Shown piece by piece: positions 19,739 through 30,544 of a stretch of 64,000 nucleotides of DNA. How positions within the stretch are numbered: position 1 is the stretch's first letter; every line of letters starts with the position of its first letter. The notes beneath the pieces were generated by a model, which was not told the DNA's origin, did no database searches, and worked only from the letters and a program-made list of their open reading frames with translations. The translations under genes were made by a program, and so were the position numbers. Origin of the DNA: Candidatus Tenderia sp. GTDB lineage: Bacteria; Pseudomonadota; Gammaproteobacteria; Tenderiales; Tenderiaceae. Location of the stretch: the NCBI GenBank assembly GCA_031416075.1, contig JANOSY010000090.1, positions 1-64,000 of the forward strand, written 5' to 3'.

Positions 19739-20515
19739 ATGAACATCCAACTTGATGATGTGGTGGCTCAGTTTATCTGGTATCTACTTCCTTTTGTGCG
19801 GCTGGCTGGTTTTGTCATGGTGGCTCCTATTTTTAGTACTGGTTTTGTGCCAAGGAGGGTTCGGGTTGGACTGAGTGTGATGCTGGCCTTGATTGTTATG
19901 CCCAATCTTACCCCTGATATGAGTTTTGACCCCGTCTCATTAGATGGGGTGATCATGTTGATACAGCAGATGATTATTGGAATTGCACTTGGGTTTGTGA
20001 TGCAGATTATCTTTGCCGCTATCGTTAACGCGGGGCAACTGGTAGGTATGCAGATGGGGCTTGGGTTTGCTCAAATGATGGACCCTACCAGTGGTGTGAC
20101 GGTGCCGGTAATTGGCCAGTTTTATAATCTTATGGGTGTGTTGCTGTTTTTGGCGATGAATGGCCATTTGGTATTAATTCAGGTGCTGGTTGACAGCTTT
20201 TCTATTCTTCCTGTTGCGGCGGGTGGGCTGCCCAGTTCGTCGTTAATCAATATTGCCTATTTTGGATCGTGGATATTTTCGGGGGCGGTGATGATTGCGC
20301 TGCCAGCCATTATTTCATTATTGATGATTAGCGTGGTGATGGGTGTAGTGACAAAATCGACGCCGCAGATGAATATTTTTGCTGTTGGTTTTGCAATTAC
20401 AATTATCGCCGGATTTATCATCATTTTGGTAACACTCTCTACTGCCTTTCCACAGATGGCCAGACTCTTTGGTGAAGGGTTTACATTTATGCGCGAGATG
20501 TTGATTCATGGCTGA
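19739..20515 (+). CDS. fliR: Flagellar export gate protein FliR
   Basis: QMGLGFAQMMDP, LFLAMNGHL, PQMNIFAVGF. Confidence 0.95.
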   Translation: MNIQLDDVVAQFIWYLLPFVRLAGFVMVAPIFSTGFVPRRVRVGLSVMLALIVMPNLTPDMSFDPVSLDGVIMLIQQMIIGIALGFVMQIIFAAIVNAGQLVGMQMGLGFAQMMDPTSGVTVPVIGQFYNLMGVLLFLAMNGHLVLIQVLVDSFSILPVAAGGLPSSSLINIAYFGSWIFSGAVMIALPAIISLLMISVVMGVVTKSTPQMNIFAVGFAITIIAGFIIILVTLSTAFPQMARLFGEGFTFMREMLIHG

Positions 20516-21686
20516 GTCGGATGGTGGCGAGCGTTCCGAGGAGCCCACGGAGAAAAAGTTACGCGAAGCGCGTGAAAAAGGGCAGGTAGCCCGTTCGCGG
20601 GAGTTGACGACGTTTGTGATGTTATTGGGCAGTTCGATTGGATTGTTGCTGTTTGGCAATATGATTGTTGAGTCCATGATGTCTGTGATGCGTAATAGTT
20701 TTACTACGCCGCGTGATCAGTTGTTTGATCCTGTTCATATGACACTTGCTTTTCGGGAGGCTGTTTCAACCTCACTATTAATGCTCTCTCCTTTTCTGGT
20801 GCTGATGGCTATTTCGGCAGTGGTTGGCTCTATTGCGGTTAGTGGCTGGAATTTTTCCATTCAGGCAGTATCCCCCAAATTTTCAAAACTCAACCCTTTG
20901 AGTGGCATGAAACGGATTTTTGGGTCACAGGGGCTGATGGAGCTGACTAAGGCATTGGCCAAGTTTTTTGTAATATCAGGTGCGGGCATTTTTGTGCTTT
21001 ACAATACTATTGACCAGGTGATGGGGTTGGGTAGTGAGCCTGTTACGCAGGCCATCGCTCATGCAGGGTCACTATTGGTCTGGACCTTTCTAGCGGTGAG
21101 CACGAGTACGTTGTTGATTGCGGCGATTGATGTTCCGTTTCAGATGTGGAACCACAAGCGTCAACTGAAGATGACGAAGCAGGAGGTGAAACAGGAGAAC
21201 AAGGATGTTCATGGTAGTCCTGAACTGAAGGGGCATATTAGACGTACTCAGATGGAGATGTCTATGAAACGTATGATGGAAGCTGTGCCCAACGCTGACG
21301 TGATTATTACCAATCCAACCCATTTTTCTATTGCGGTGAAGTATGACCCCGACAATATGCGTGCGCCTGTTGTGGTTGCCAAGGGTGCAGATTATGTTGC
21401 CTTTGAGATCCGGCGTATCGCTAAAGACAATAATGTCCCTATTTTATCTGCACCACCCCTGGCCCGTGCCATTTACCATACCACTGAAATTGATGATGAA
21501 ATCCCAGAAGGCCTATATCTTGCAGTAGCTAGGGTGTTGGCCTACATTTTCCATCTTAGACGTACGGCATCGAGTGTTAATCCAGATGATTTGAAGATGG
21601 TGGATATTACGATCCCTGAGGATATGCAGTATGACGTTGATGGCAAATCAAATAAGAATCAGCAGGCCGATTCTGGGGATAATTAG
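20508..21686 (+). CDS. flhB: Flagellar export switch protein FlhB
   Basis: EEPTEKKLREAREKGQV, NPTH autocleavage motif, APVVVAKG. Confidence 0.97.
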   Translation: MAESDGGERSEEPTEKKLREAREKGQVARSRELTTFVMLLGSSIGLLLFGNMIVESMMSVMRNSFTTPRDQLFDPVHMTLAFREAVSTSLLMLSPFLVLMAISAVVGSIAVSGWNFSIQAVSPKFSKLNPLSGMKRIFGSQGLMELTKALAKFFVISGAGIFVLYNTIDQVMGLGSEPVTQAIAHAGSLLVWTFLAVSTSTLLIAAIDVPFQMWNHKRQLKMTKQEVKQENKDVHGSPELKGHIRRTQMEMSMKRMMEAVPNADVIITNPTHFSIAVKYDPDNMRAPVVVAKGADYVAFEIRRIAKDNNVPILSAPPLARAIYHTTEIDDEIPEGLYLAVARVLAYIFHLRRTASSVNPDDLKMVDITIPEDMQYDVDGKSNKNQQADSGDN

Positions 21687-21831
21687 CGATTTTATGCGGC
21701 ATGTCCACGTTCCTGTTTTTTTTCTGCTGTTTGCATGGCCATTGTTTGAGACGTTGATTGCAGTCTCTGCTGTCTGGTTTATGCGTCTGTTTGATGACGC
21801 GGGCTTAACCGGTTTTAAAAGGGCTTAGGTT

Positions 21832-23937
21832 ATGGAAGGTGTCAAAATATTGCCGTCTCTATCACGGGTGATGCTGTCTGGTTTGGGCATCCCTACCGTT
21901 GTATTAATGTTGTTGGCAATGTTGATTTTGCCGTTGCCGCCCTTGGTCCTTGATGTTTTTTTCTCCTTTAGTATTGCGCTCTCCATGATTATTTTATTGG
22001 CGGCGGTGTATACCCAGCGGCCATTGCAGTTTGGTGCTTTTCCAACATTGATACTGTTGGCGACGTTGTTGCGGTTGGGATTGAATATTGCCTCCACCCG
22101 TGTGATTTTGCTGGAGGGACACAACGGTACGGATGCTGCTGGCCATGTGATTGAGGCGTTTGGTGAGTTTGTGATTGGAGGTAACTACGCAGTTGGTTTG
22201 GTGGTTTTTTCCATCCTTGTTATTATCAATTTTGTTGTGGTGACAAAAGGGGCGGGTAGAGTATCTGAAGTTGCGGCCCGTTTTACCTTGGATGCAATGC
22301 CAGGCAAACAGATGGCGATCGATGCTGATTTGAATGCAGGTCTGATTGGTCAGGAGCAGGCCCAGATACGTCGTATGGAGGTGATTCAGGAGGCCGATTT
22401 TTACGGTTCTATGGATGGTGCCAGTAAATTTGTACGTGGTGATGCGGTAGCAGGGATTCTTATCTTGTTTATCAATTTGATCGGTGGTTTGATTATTGGT
22501 CTGGTTCAGCACGATATGCCGTTTGCTGAAGCGGTCAGAAACTACACGATGCTGACCATTGGTGATGGTTTGGTGGCACAGATTCCCGCGCTGTTACTTT
22601 CAACCGCAACAGCCATTATTGTGACACGTGCCTCTAGTGAGCAGGATATGGGTGGCCAGATTATGAGCCAGCTTTTTAGTGATCCTCGTGTTTTAACAGT
22701 CACGGCGGCTATTCTTGGGCTGATGGGAATTATTCCGGGTATGCCTAATGTGGCGTTTCTCTCATTTGCGGCGTTGATTGGTGGTGCCGCCTGGCTGCTT
22801 TCTAAAAAGAAAGCCCAAGAGGTAAAAGAGAGAGAGGTGCTGCCGCAGACCAAAATGGAGCCTGCTGCAGAGAGCCGTGATCTGAGTTGGGACGATGTGC
22901 TGCCGGTTGACATCTTGGGACTGGAGGTGGGTTATCGATTAATCCCGATGGTGGATAAGAGCCAAGGTGGCCAATTGATGGCTCGAATTAAAGGGGTACG
23001 TAAAAAGCTTACCCATGAACTTGGTTTTTTGATTCCATCGGTACACATTCGTGACAATCTGGAGCTGACACCCAATGCTTACCGCATCTCTCTGCTGGGC
23101 ACTGTGATTGGTGAGGCGGAGATATACCCTGATCGTGAACTGGCCATTAATCCTGGTCAGGTTTATGGCGAGTTGCCGGGGATTGCCGGAAAAGATCCGG
23201 CATTTGGCCTGGAGGCGGTCTGGATCGATGCGAGTCAGCGTGATCAGGCGCAGACCCTCGGGTATACGGTGGTTGATCCTAGTACGGTTGTGGCGACCCA
23301 TCTTAGCCATATCATCACCGGGCACTCTTCAGAGCTGCTGGGGCGCGAAGAGGTACAACAACTATTGGATAGTTTGCGCAAAGCAGCACCAAAACTGATC
23401 GAAGGGTTTGTGCCGGAGCTGCTCTCTCTGGGTGTTGTGGTGAAAGTATTGCAAAACCTGCTGGAAGATCATATCCCGATCCGTGATATGCGCCGTATCG
23501 TCGAAACGTTGGCGGACGAAGGGAGCAGGAGTCAAGACCCCGCTGCTTTAACTGCCTTGGTCCGTGTCGCCTTGGGACGGTCTATTGTCCAGAAAATCAA
23601 TGGGATGGTAACCGAATTATCTGTTATCACCCTGGATCCATCATTGGAACAGATGTTGCAAGACTCTGTACGTAACGCAAGTAGTGGTGCGTTGGGATTG
23701 GAGCCGGGGCTGGCGGAAAAGATGTTTACAGCCTTGGGCGAAGCCGCCCAGCGTCAAGAGATGAAAGGTCAGCCAGCAGTGTTATTAGTGTCAGCGATTA
23801 TCAGACCCATTCTGGCACGGTTGATACGAGGGTCAATAGCGTCATTAAAAGTGCTCTCGTATAACGAGATCCCTGATGACAAGCAGATCAAGATTGTTGC
23901 AACAGTGGGTGGGCAGGCCTCTCTTGGGGGGCGCTAA
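21832..23937 (+). CDS. flhA: Flagellar export protein FlhA
   Basis: EVAARFTLDAMPGKQMAIDADL, FYGSMDGASKFVRGDA. Confidence 0.97.
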   Translation: MEGVKILPSLSRVMLSGLGIPTVVLMLLAMLILPLPPLVLDVFFSFSIALSMIILLAAVYTQRPLQFGAFPTLILLATLLRLGLNIASTRVILLEGHNGTDAAGHVIEAFGEFVIGGNYAVGLVVFSILVIINFVVVTKGAGRVSEVAARFTLDAMPGKQMAIDADLNAGLIGQEQAQIRRMEVIQEADFYGSMDGASKFVRGDAVAGILILFINLIGGLIIGLVQHDMPFAEAVRNYTMLTIGDGLVAQIPALLLSTATAIIVTRASSEQDMGGQIMSQLFSDPRVLTVTAAILGLMGIIPGMPNVAFLSFAALIGGAAWLLSKKKAQEVKEREVLPQTKMEPAAESRDLSWDDVLPVDILGLEVGYRLIPMVDKSQGGQLMARIKGVRKKLTHELGFLIPSVHIRDNLELTPNAYRISLLGTVIGEAEIYPDRELAINPGQVYGELPGIAGKDPAFGLEAVWIDASQRDQAQTLGYTVVDPSTVVATHLSHIITGHSSELLGREEVQQLLDSLRKAAPKLIEGFVPELLSLGVVVKVLQNLLEDHIPIRDMRRIVETLADEGSRSQDPAALTALVRVALGRSIVQKINGMVTELSVITLDPSLEQMLQDSVRNASSGALGLEPGLAEKMFTALGEAAQRQEMKGQPAVLLVSAIIRPILARLIRGSIASLKVLSYNEIPDDKQIKIVATVGGQASLGGR

Positions 23938-23979
23938 TATCAAGGCCTCAAACCTGTTTGAAAAAAGAGGTTGGAAATA

Positions 23980-25182
23980 ATGAAAATAAAGCGTTTTTTT
24001 GCTTCGGATGTACGTCAGGCCATGCGTATGGTCAAGGATGAGCTTGGTGAAGACGCTGTTATTTTATCTAACCGACGTGTGAACGGTGGTGTTGAGATTG
24101 TCTCAGCAATCGATTACGACGAGAGTATGTTGGCCGAATCAGAAGCAGCCTCACCCAACGTTGCTTCTGGCAAGGGGCAACAGAGTATCCACAAAGAGCA
24201 TATGACATTGCAGGATAATTATCAGCAGAACAGACCCCAGGTTGTCTGGAGCCAGGAACCAGCGCTGGTTGAGATGCGCAGTGAGCTTCAAAACATGCGC
24301 GGCTTATTGGAGAGCCAGTTGGCAAGCCTGACGCATAAAGAGCGGCAAAGTGACCACCCTTATCATTACGAGCTGCAGCGCCGGCTGGTGCGCCTTGGGT
24401 TGGGTACCACGTTGGTTGCAAGGTTGTTGAAAGAGCTCCCTAACGATGGACAGGTGGAGGAGTCATGGCGTCGTTTGTTGGGCAAAGTGGCTGTTAATGT
24501 TTCTGTGACTGATGATGACATTTTGACTCAAGGTGGCATTGTGGCTCTGGTGGGTGCAACGGGTGTTGGTAAGACTACAACTGTTGCCAAACTGGCTGCG
24601 CGTTACTCCATGCGTCACGGCAGCCGTAGTGTGGCGCTGATCTCAACAGATAACTTCCGTATTGGTGCCCATGAACAACTTAAAGCCTACTCAAGAATAT
24701 TGGATGTGCCGATACGTTTTGCCGATTCAGCGGAGTCCCTGCAGGCCGCGCTCGATTGTTTCTGTGACAAGCGCTTAGTATTGATTGATACAGCGGGTAT
24801 GAGCCAGCGAGACCTGCGTTTAAGTAAGCAGTTTGCGGTACTTAAAGGGGAGCGTGAGCGGGTTAAGCCCTATCTGGTGGTCTCTGCTACATCGCGTCTA
24901 TCCGGTCTGGAGGAGGTGGTGAGAGGATTCTCTGACATCAAACCACACGGCTGCATCATTACAAAAATGGACGAGAGCGTGAGCCTTGGCCATGTTCTTA
25001 ACATGGTGATACAGCATAAGTTACCGGTCTCCTATGTGAGTGATGGGCAGCGTGTGCCAGAAGACCTGCAGCCGGCACGGGCACATACACTCGTCAGTCG
25101 AAGTGTAGCGTTGATGCAGGAAAATACAGAGCTGCTGGATGAAGAGCTGCCTGGAGTATGGCTTGGGGAGGTTGGAGTTTGA
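23980..25182 (+). CDS. flhF: SRP-type GTPase FlhF
   Basis: MKIKRFFA, GATGVGKTTT, DTAG, TKMDE, GQRVPEDL. Confidence 0.95.
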   Translation: MKIKRFFASDVRQAMRMVKDELGEDAVILSNRRVNGGVEIVSAIDYDESMLAESEAASPNVASGKGQQSIHKEHMTLQDNYQQNRPQVVWSQEPALVEMRSELQNMRGLLESQLASLTHKERQSDHPYHYELQRRLVRLGLGTTLVARLLKELPNDGQVEESWRRLLGKVAVNVSVTDDDILTQGGIVALVGATGVGKTTTVAKLAARYSMRHGSRSVALISTDNFRIGAHEQLKAYSRILDVPIRFADSAESLQAALDCFCDKRLVLIDTAGMSQRDLRLSKQFAVLKGERERVKPYLVVSATSRLSGLEEVVRGFSDIKPHGCIITKMDESVSLGHVLNMVIQHKLPVSYVSDGQRVPEDLQPARAHTLVSRSVALMQENTELLDEELPGVWLGEVGV

Positions 25183-26048
25183 TGCAAATGCCTGGCTCAT
25201 TGACAGATCAAGCGGCGGGATTACGGCGTATAAATAGTCGCCGCCCAGTACAGGTTATTGCAGTCACCAGCGGCAAGGGTGGTGCAGGTAAGACCAATGT
25301 GGCGGTGAATATGGCTGTGGCCATGGCGGGAGATGGGAAGAAGGTAATGGTGATGGATGCCGATCTTGGTTTGGCAAATGTCGATATTATGTTCGGATTA
25401 CACCCCAAGTTTAATCTTTCTCATGTTATTAGTGGCGAGCGCACGCTTGAGGAGATTATTGTTACGGGCCCTGCGGGTGTACAGATTGTTCCAGCCTCGT
25501 CTGGAACACAGAATATGGCTGAATTAACACCCATGCAACATGCGGGCGTAATTCAGGCATTCAGCGAGATTGGCCAGGATCTGGATGTGCTGATTATTGA
25601 TACTGCCGCAGGTATTAATGATTCGGTCGTGAGCTTTATCCGCGCTGCTCAAGAGGTTATTGTGGTGGTCTGTGATGAACCCGCCTCAATCACTGATGCT
25701 TATGCGGTGATCAAGCTTTTGAACCGTGATTACGGTATACCAAGATTTAGGGTAGTATCAAACATGGCTCAGAGTATGCAAGAAGGACGTGAACTATTTA
25801 ATAAGATGGTCAGGGTGACAGACAAATATCTGGATGTGATCCTGGATTTTATGGGAACGGTGCCATACGACGAATACTTGAAAAAGGCTCTGCAAAAACA
25901 GAAAGCAGTGGTAGAAGCATACCCCAGAAGTAAATCTGCCATGGCATTCAAGAGTTTGGCGAAAAGAGCCGATAACTGGCCAATACCAAAAAATGCGGGA
26001 GGGCATCTGGAGTTTTTCGTCGAGCGGCTTATTCAAAATACACAATAA
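25182..26048 (+). CDS. flhG: MinD-like flagellar number regulator FlhG/FleN
   Basis: DQAAGLR, SGKGGAGKT, DADLGLAN, EPASITDAYA; TGATG overlap with flhF. Confidence 0.95.
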   Translation: MQMPGSLTDQAAGLRRINSRRPVQVIAVTSGKGGAGKTNVAVNMAVAMAGDGKKVMVMDADLGLANVDIMFGLHPKFNLSHVISGERTLEEIIVTGPAGVQIVPASSGTQNMAELTPMQHAGVIQAFSEIGQDLDVLIIDTAAGINDSVVSFIRAAQEVIVVVCDEPASITDAYAVIKLLNRDYGIPRFRVVSNMAQSMQEGRELFNKMVRVTDKYLDVILDFMGTVPYDEYLKKALQKQKAVVEAYPRSKSAMAFKSLAKRADNWPIPKNAGGHLEFFVERLIQNTQ

Positions 26049-26066
26049 TGACTAGAGGCAACCGCC

Positions 26067-26816
26067 ATGAATGGACTCGCGATGTATAGCAACATTATGC
26101 AGCCAAAGAAAAAAAACAGTAAAGATGAAGTGGTCGTTCAACATGCGCCACTGGTAAAACGTATCGCATACCATCTTATGTGTCGTCTACCGCCTAGCGT
26201 ACAGGCGGATGATCTGATTCAGGCCGGTATGATTGGTCTGTTAGAGGCGGCTCGAAACTATGACTCTACCCAAGGGGCCAGTTTTGAGACCTATGCAGGC
26301 ATTCGAATTCGTGGATCAATGCTTGATGAGATACGTAAAAATGACTGGGCACCACGCTCGGTGCATCGTAAGGCCAGAAAAGTGGCCGAAGCAGTACGAC
26401 AGATAGAAAGCTTGAAGGGACGTGATGCCCGTGATAACGAAGTTGCCGAGGCGCTGGAAATGTCGCTGGATGAGTATCACACAACACTACAGGCAGCCAG
26501 TGGTTATCTGATGTTGAGTTTTGACGATCTGGGTGCAGATGATGAAGCCGTTGCCACTTATCTGTCAGAGCCCGCGACAACCCCTTTTGATGGATTACAG
26601 AAAGATGATTTTAAACGTTCGTTAGCCGAAGCAATTGCAGGGCTTCCCGAACGCGAACGGTTAGTGATGACACTCTATTATGATGAAGAGTTAAACCTTC
26701 GGGAGATAGGGGCAGTTCTAGGCGTGAGTGAATCCCGTGTTAGCCAGATACATAGTCAGGCGTTGATTCGACTTCAAGCACGCCTTGGACAATGGACAAA
26801 TGAAATTAAAAACTAA
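26067..26816 (+). CDS. fliA: RNA polymerase sigma28 factor FliA
   Basis: DDLIQAGMIGLLEA, FETYAGIRIRGSMLDE, EIGAVLGVSESRVSQI. Confidence 0.97.
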   Translation: MNGLAMYSNIMQPKKKNSKDEVVVQHAPLVKRIAYHLMCRLPPSVQADDLIQAGMIGLLEAARNYDSTQGASFETYAGIRIRGSMLDEIRKNDWAPRSVHRKARKVAEAVRQIESLKGRDARDNEVAEALEMSLDEYHTTLQAASGYLMLSFDDLGADDEAVATYLSEPATTPFDGLQKDDFKRSLAEAIAGLPERERLVMTLYYDEELNLREIGAVLGVSESRVSQIHSQALIRLQARLGQWTNEIKN

Positions 26817-26832
26817 ATTGTCCAAGTTTACC

Positions 26833-26859
26833 TAAACTATTCCTTGTATGTGCAGATAA
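26833..26859 (+). promoter_or_regulatory. Sigma28 promoter upstream of cheY
   Basis: TAAA-N15-GCAGATAA (consensus TAAA-N15-GCCGATAA). Confidence 0.65.
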
Positions 26860-26944
26860 GAGTAGTGAGTGAGATTCTGATAGCGACAAAGTTATATGGT
26901 TTTATTTTTATTAAGGTTTCTAGGCTAAATGGAGGTTTCTAGTT

Positions 26945-27340
26945 TTGGATAAGAATATGAAAATCCTCGTTGTGGATGATTTTTCTACTATGCGCCGGAT
27001 TATCAAAAATCTATTAAGGGACCTTGGGTTTAACAATACCCAGGAAGCCGATGATGGACTGACGGCTTTGCCAAAACTGCAAGCCGGAGATTTTGATTTT
27101 TTGGTAACCGATTGGAATATGCCTGGGATGCAGGGAATTGACCTGCTCAAGGCGGTTCGAGCAGATGCAAAATTATCAACACTTCCTGTGTTGATGGTGA
27201 CAGCTGAGGCTAAAAAAGAACAAATTGTTGAGGCTGCTCAGGCTGGTGTTAATGGTTATATCGTTAAGCCATTTACCGCCGCCACATTGAAGGAGAAAAT
27301 CGATAAGATTTTTGAACGCATAGAAGCCAATAAAGGCTGA
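26945..27340 (+). CDS. cheY: Chemotaxis response regulator CheY (TTG start)
   Basis: [33 protein letters not shown]; GGAGG upstream. Confidence 0.97.
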   Translation: MDKNMKILVVDDFSTMRRIIKNLLRDLGFNNTQEADDGLTALPKLQAGDFDFLVTDWNMPGMQGIDLLKAVRADAKLSTLPVLMVTAEAKKEQIVEAAQAGVNGYIVKPFTAATLKEKIDKIFERIEANKG

Positions 27341-27358
27341 TGAGCAGAAGGAATTACA

Positions 27359-28105
27359 ATGACTAATATGAAAATTTGTGATGCGGCTAGTCTTGAGTCT
27401 GCTAAAAGGTTGGTTGAGTTCATTGAGTGCGGAGATGAGCGTGCTGCGTTTGATGTGTTGGAAGAGCTTTCGGCAGTTCGTGAGAGTTCACTCTTTCAGG
27501 ATCTTGGTAAATTGACACGAGATTTACACAATACAATTAATGGCTTTCAGCTCGATTCAAAAATATCGTCAATGACTGAGAATGATATACCTGATGCCAA
27601 GGAACGTCTCAATTATGTAATAAGTATGACAGAAAATGCGGCCAATACAACATTGAGCGCTATTGAAACATCGATGCCTATTTCCGAAGAGCTACAGACA
27701 CGTGTTGAAAAACTTTATAGTAGCTGGGGTCGTTTTAGACAGCGCGATATGGCTGCGGATGAATTTAGATCACTTAATCATGAAATAGACGAGTTCTTCC
27801 AGTGGTTAACAGAAAATGTTCCAAGTCTTCACTCCAATCTCTCAGACATTATGATGGCCCAGGGGTTTCAGGATTTAACCGGACAAATAATCCGTCGTGT
27901 TATTGCGTTAGTACAAGAGGTTGAAGAAAGTTTAGTAGGACTGATTCGAATAACAGGACAGAAGATGAATACCGTGCAGCAGGTAGAAGAGAAAAAAACT
28001 CCGAATATCACTCCTACAGGACCTGTTGTCCCTGGTGTAGATAAAGGTGATGTGGTAAGTGGGCAGGATGATGTTGACGACTTGCTTTCGAGTTTGGGTT
28101 TTTGA
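27359..28105 (+). CDS. cheZ: CheY-P phosphatase CheZ
   Basis: AQGFQDLTGQII, QDDVDDLLSSLGF. Confidence 0.97.
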   Translation: MTNMKICDAASLESAKRLVEFIECGDERAAFDVLEELSAVRESSLFQDLGKLTRDLHNTINGFQLDSKISSMTENDIPDAKERLNYVISMTENAANTTLSAIETSMPISEELQTRVEKLYSSWGRFRQRDMAADEFRSLNHEIDEFFQWLTENVPSLHSNLSDIMMAQGFQDLTGQIIRRVIALVQEVEESLVGLIRITGQKMNTVQQVEEKKTPNITPTGPVVPGVDKGDVVSGQDDVDDLLSSLGF

Positions 28106-28116
28106 GGCTGACTTAG

Positions 28117-30279
28117 ATGGCAATCGATCTGAGCGACGAAATACTCCAGGATTTCTTGGTTGAAGCGGGTGAAATCCTTGAGACGCTGGGCGAGCAGCTT
28201 GTTGAGCTGGAGCAGCGGCCTGATGATCAAAATCTTCTGAACGCCGTATTTCGTGGTTTCCATACTGTAAAAGGTGGTGGTGGGTTTCTTAATCTAACAA
28301 CACTGGTTGCTGTATGCCACCGTGCTGAAGATGTATTTAATCTGTTGCGACAGGGTGAGCGGCAGGTGAACGCACAGTTGATGGATGTCATTCTCAAAGT
28401 GACTGACATTGTTAATGAAATGATGGACAGTGTTCGCTCTGGTGAAGATCCTGACCCCGCCGATCCTGTTGTGCTTGAAGCGCTTGATGCTATTATTCGT
28501 GGTGATGAGATTGGTGAGATGTCTGTTTCACCTCCAGCGGTTAAGATGATTTCTACTGTTCAGGCTGAAGATGTTATCGTGGGTAAAAACACGGGATCGA
28601 ACACCAGTGCATCGAGTAATAACGACGAGATTAACGATGATGACTTTGAGGCGTTGCTGGATCAATTACAGGGTAAAATTGAAACACCTCCCGTGTCTGC
28701 TGGTAATTTACAGAGCGGTAAGGGGCTCGCACTCTCCAATGATATTTCGGATGAAGAGTTCGAAGCGCTTTTAGATCAGATTGATAGTGATAAAAAAACA
28801 GACTCTCCAGCAGTAAAGGTTGTTCAAAAATCTCAGCCTGTCGTAGATAAACATGTGTCTAATAAGGATGAGATCAATGATGATGAGTTTGAGGCATTGC
28901 TGGATGATCTTAATTCAAAGAAAAATACTGCTGAAGTCGCTGCTGTTAAAAAAGAGCATTTAAAATCGGCGAGTATCGAAAAATCTGTTCCGGGAATATC
29001 TGTAGTATCGCCGCCACCCAAAAAAGTTACAGAGGTGGCGGCTAAGGTGGTTGCTGACCATGACCATGATACAAAACCTTCCAAGGATGCCCCGGCCGTC
29101 GTTGAGACGACGGTTCGTGTTGATACCAAACGGCTTGACGATATTATGAACCTTGTGGGTGAGCTGGTTCTAGTTCGCAACCGGATGTCAACACTGAAAA
29201 CCACTATGTCGGCTGACGATGAGGTGAGCAAAGCAATAGCTAATTTGGATATTGTCACTTCTGATCTCCAAGCGTCTGTCATGAAAACACGCATGCAACC
29301 GATCAAAAAAGTATTTGGGCGGTTTCCACGCGTGGTCCGTGATTTGGCGCGCAGCTTGAAGAAAGAGGTTAATTTGGAACTGATTGGTGAAGAGACCGAT
29401 CTTGATAAAAATTTGGTTGAGGCATTGGCGGATCCATTGGTGCATCTGATTCGTAATGCAGTTGACCACGGCATTGAGTGGCCCCATGAACGTGAGCAGA
29501 GCGGGAAACCGCGCGCAGGTACCATTGTTCTTTCTGCACAGCAGGAAGGTGATCATATTCTTCTGGTGATTGAGGATAATGGTAAAGGGATGGATCCCAA
29601 TTTTCTGCGTCAAAAGGCAGTTGAAAAAGGGATGATGGATGAGGATGGCGCGGCACGTCTTGATGACCGTGCTTGTTATAACCTGATTTTTGCGCCGGGC
29701 TTCTCTACCAAAACAGAAATATCGGATGTCTCTGGCCGAGGTGTTGGCATGGATGTGGTCAAAACCAGAATCAATCAACTTAACGGATCTGTTGAGATTG
29801 ACTCTGTTCTTGGCCGTGGCAGCCGTATTGTTATTAAACTACCATTGACCCTGGCAATTATGCCTACTTTGATGGTGGTGTTGGGCAAACAAATTTTTGC
29901 ATTACCGCTGGCTAATGTGAATGAAATTTTTGATATGGATTCCGCTAAACGTGGCAAGGTGGATGGTAAGGATGTTGTTATTATCCGTGATAAGGCTGTG
30001 CCACTGGTGAATCTCAGTCGCTGGTTGGCTAAAGACTATCCAGATTGCAAATCCGCTGATACGGGGCAGGGCTACGTTGTTGTTACGACCATCGGTAATA
30101 AAAATATCGGTTGTGTTGTTGATAATCTTGTCGGCCAGGAGGAGGTGGTGATAAAACCTCTGGGTGCAATGTTGCAGGGAACTAAAGGAATTTCTGGTGC
30201 AACGATTACTGGTAATGGTGGCATTGCTTTAATTCTTGATATGCCCGGACTTCTTGAAGCCTACGCCAATAAACTATAG
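28117..30279 (+). CDS. cheA: Chemotaxis histidine kinase CheA
   Basis: FRGFHTVKG Hpt, TVRVD, HLIRNAVDHG, SGRGVGMDVV, C-terminal CheW domain. Confidence 0.97.
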   Translation: MAIDLSDEILQDFLVEAGEILETLGEQLVELEQRPDDQNLLNAVFRGFHTVKGGGGFLNLTTLVAVCHRAEDVFNLLRQGERQVNAQLMDVILKVTDIVNEMMDSVRSGEDPDPADPVVLEALDAIIRGDEIGEMSVSPPAVKMISTVQAEDVIVGKNTGSNTSASSNNDEINDDDFEALLDQLQGKIETPPVSAGNLQSGKGLALSNDISDEEFEALLDQIDSDKKTDSPAVKVVQKSQPVVDKHVSNKDEINDDEFEALLDDLNSKKNTAEVAAVKKEHLKSASIEKSVPGISVVSPPPKKVTEVAAKVVADHDHDTKPSKDAPAVVETTVRVDTKRLDDIMNLVGELVLVRNRMSTLKTTMSADDEVSKAIANLDIVTSDLQASVMKTRMQPIKKVFGRFPRVVRDLARSLKKEVNLELIGEETDLDKNLVEALADPLVHLIRNAVDHGIEWPHEREQSGKPRAGTIVLSAQQEGDHILLVIEDNGKGMDPNFLRQKAVEKGMMDEDGAARLDDRACYNLIFAPGFSTKTEISDVSGRGVGMDVVKTRINQLNGSVEIDSVLGRGSRIVIKLPLTLAIMPTLMVVLGKQIFALPLANVNEIFDMDSAKRGKVDGKDVVIIRDKAVPLVNLSRWLAKDYPDCKSADTGQGYVVVTTIGNKNIGCVVDNLVGQEEVVIKPLGAMLQGTKGISGATITGNGGIALILDMPGLLEAYANKL

Positions 30280-30544
30280 ATCCTGCCTATGGCAAGGACC
30301 ATCAACTTGATTGCGTTTAATTAGGTTGGTAAATAGTTGTTTGGTGTTAGTAGCAGGAAGTTTTGTTTGATTGATCAGGTTGGATATGGAGTAGCCTTGA
30401 CAACTTTATTTACCAGTGTAAACGGACAGGATAGTGTTTTGTATGTCCTGGATTCATCCGTTATCTTATATCCCTTTTCGGTGTGCATTTTTCTGACCAA
30501 GCCATCTGTTTCTATACAGTTGCCGATAGGTCTGTATTAAAAAT

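Noticed and set aside
30280-30544. 67-aa ORF or sigma28 promoter in the cheA-cheB gap
   Set aside because: The ORF has a TTG start and no recognisable features; GCCGATAG at 30522 lacks a properly spaced TAAA -35, so neither is supported.
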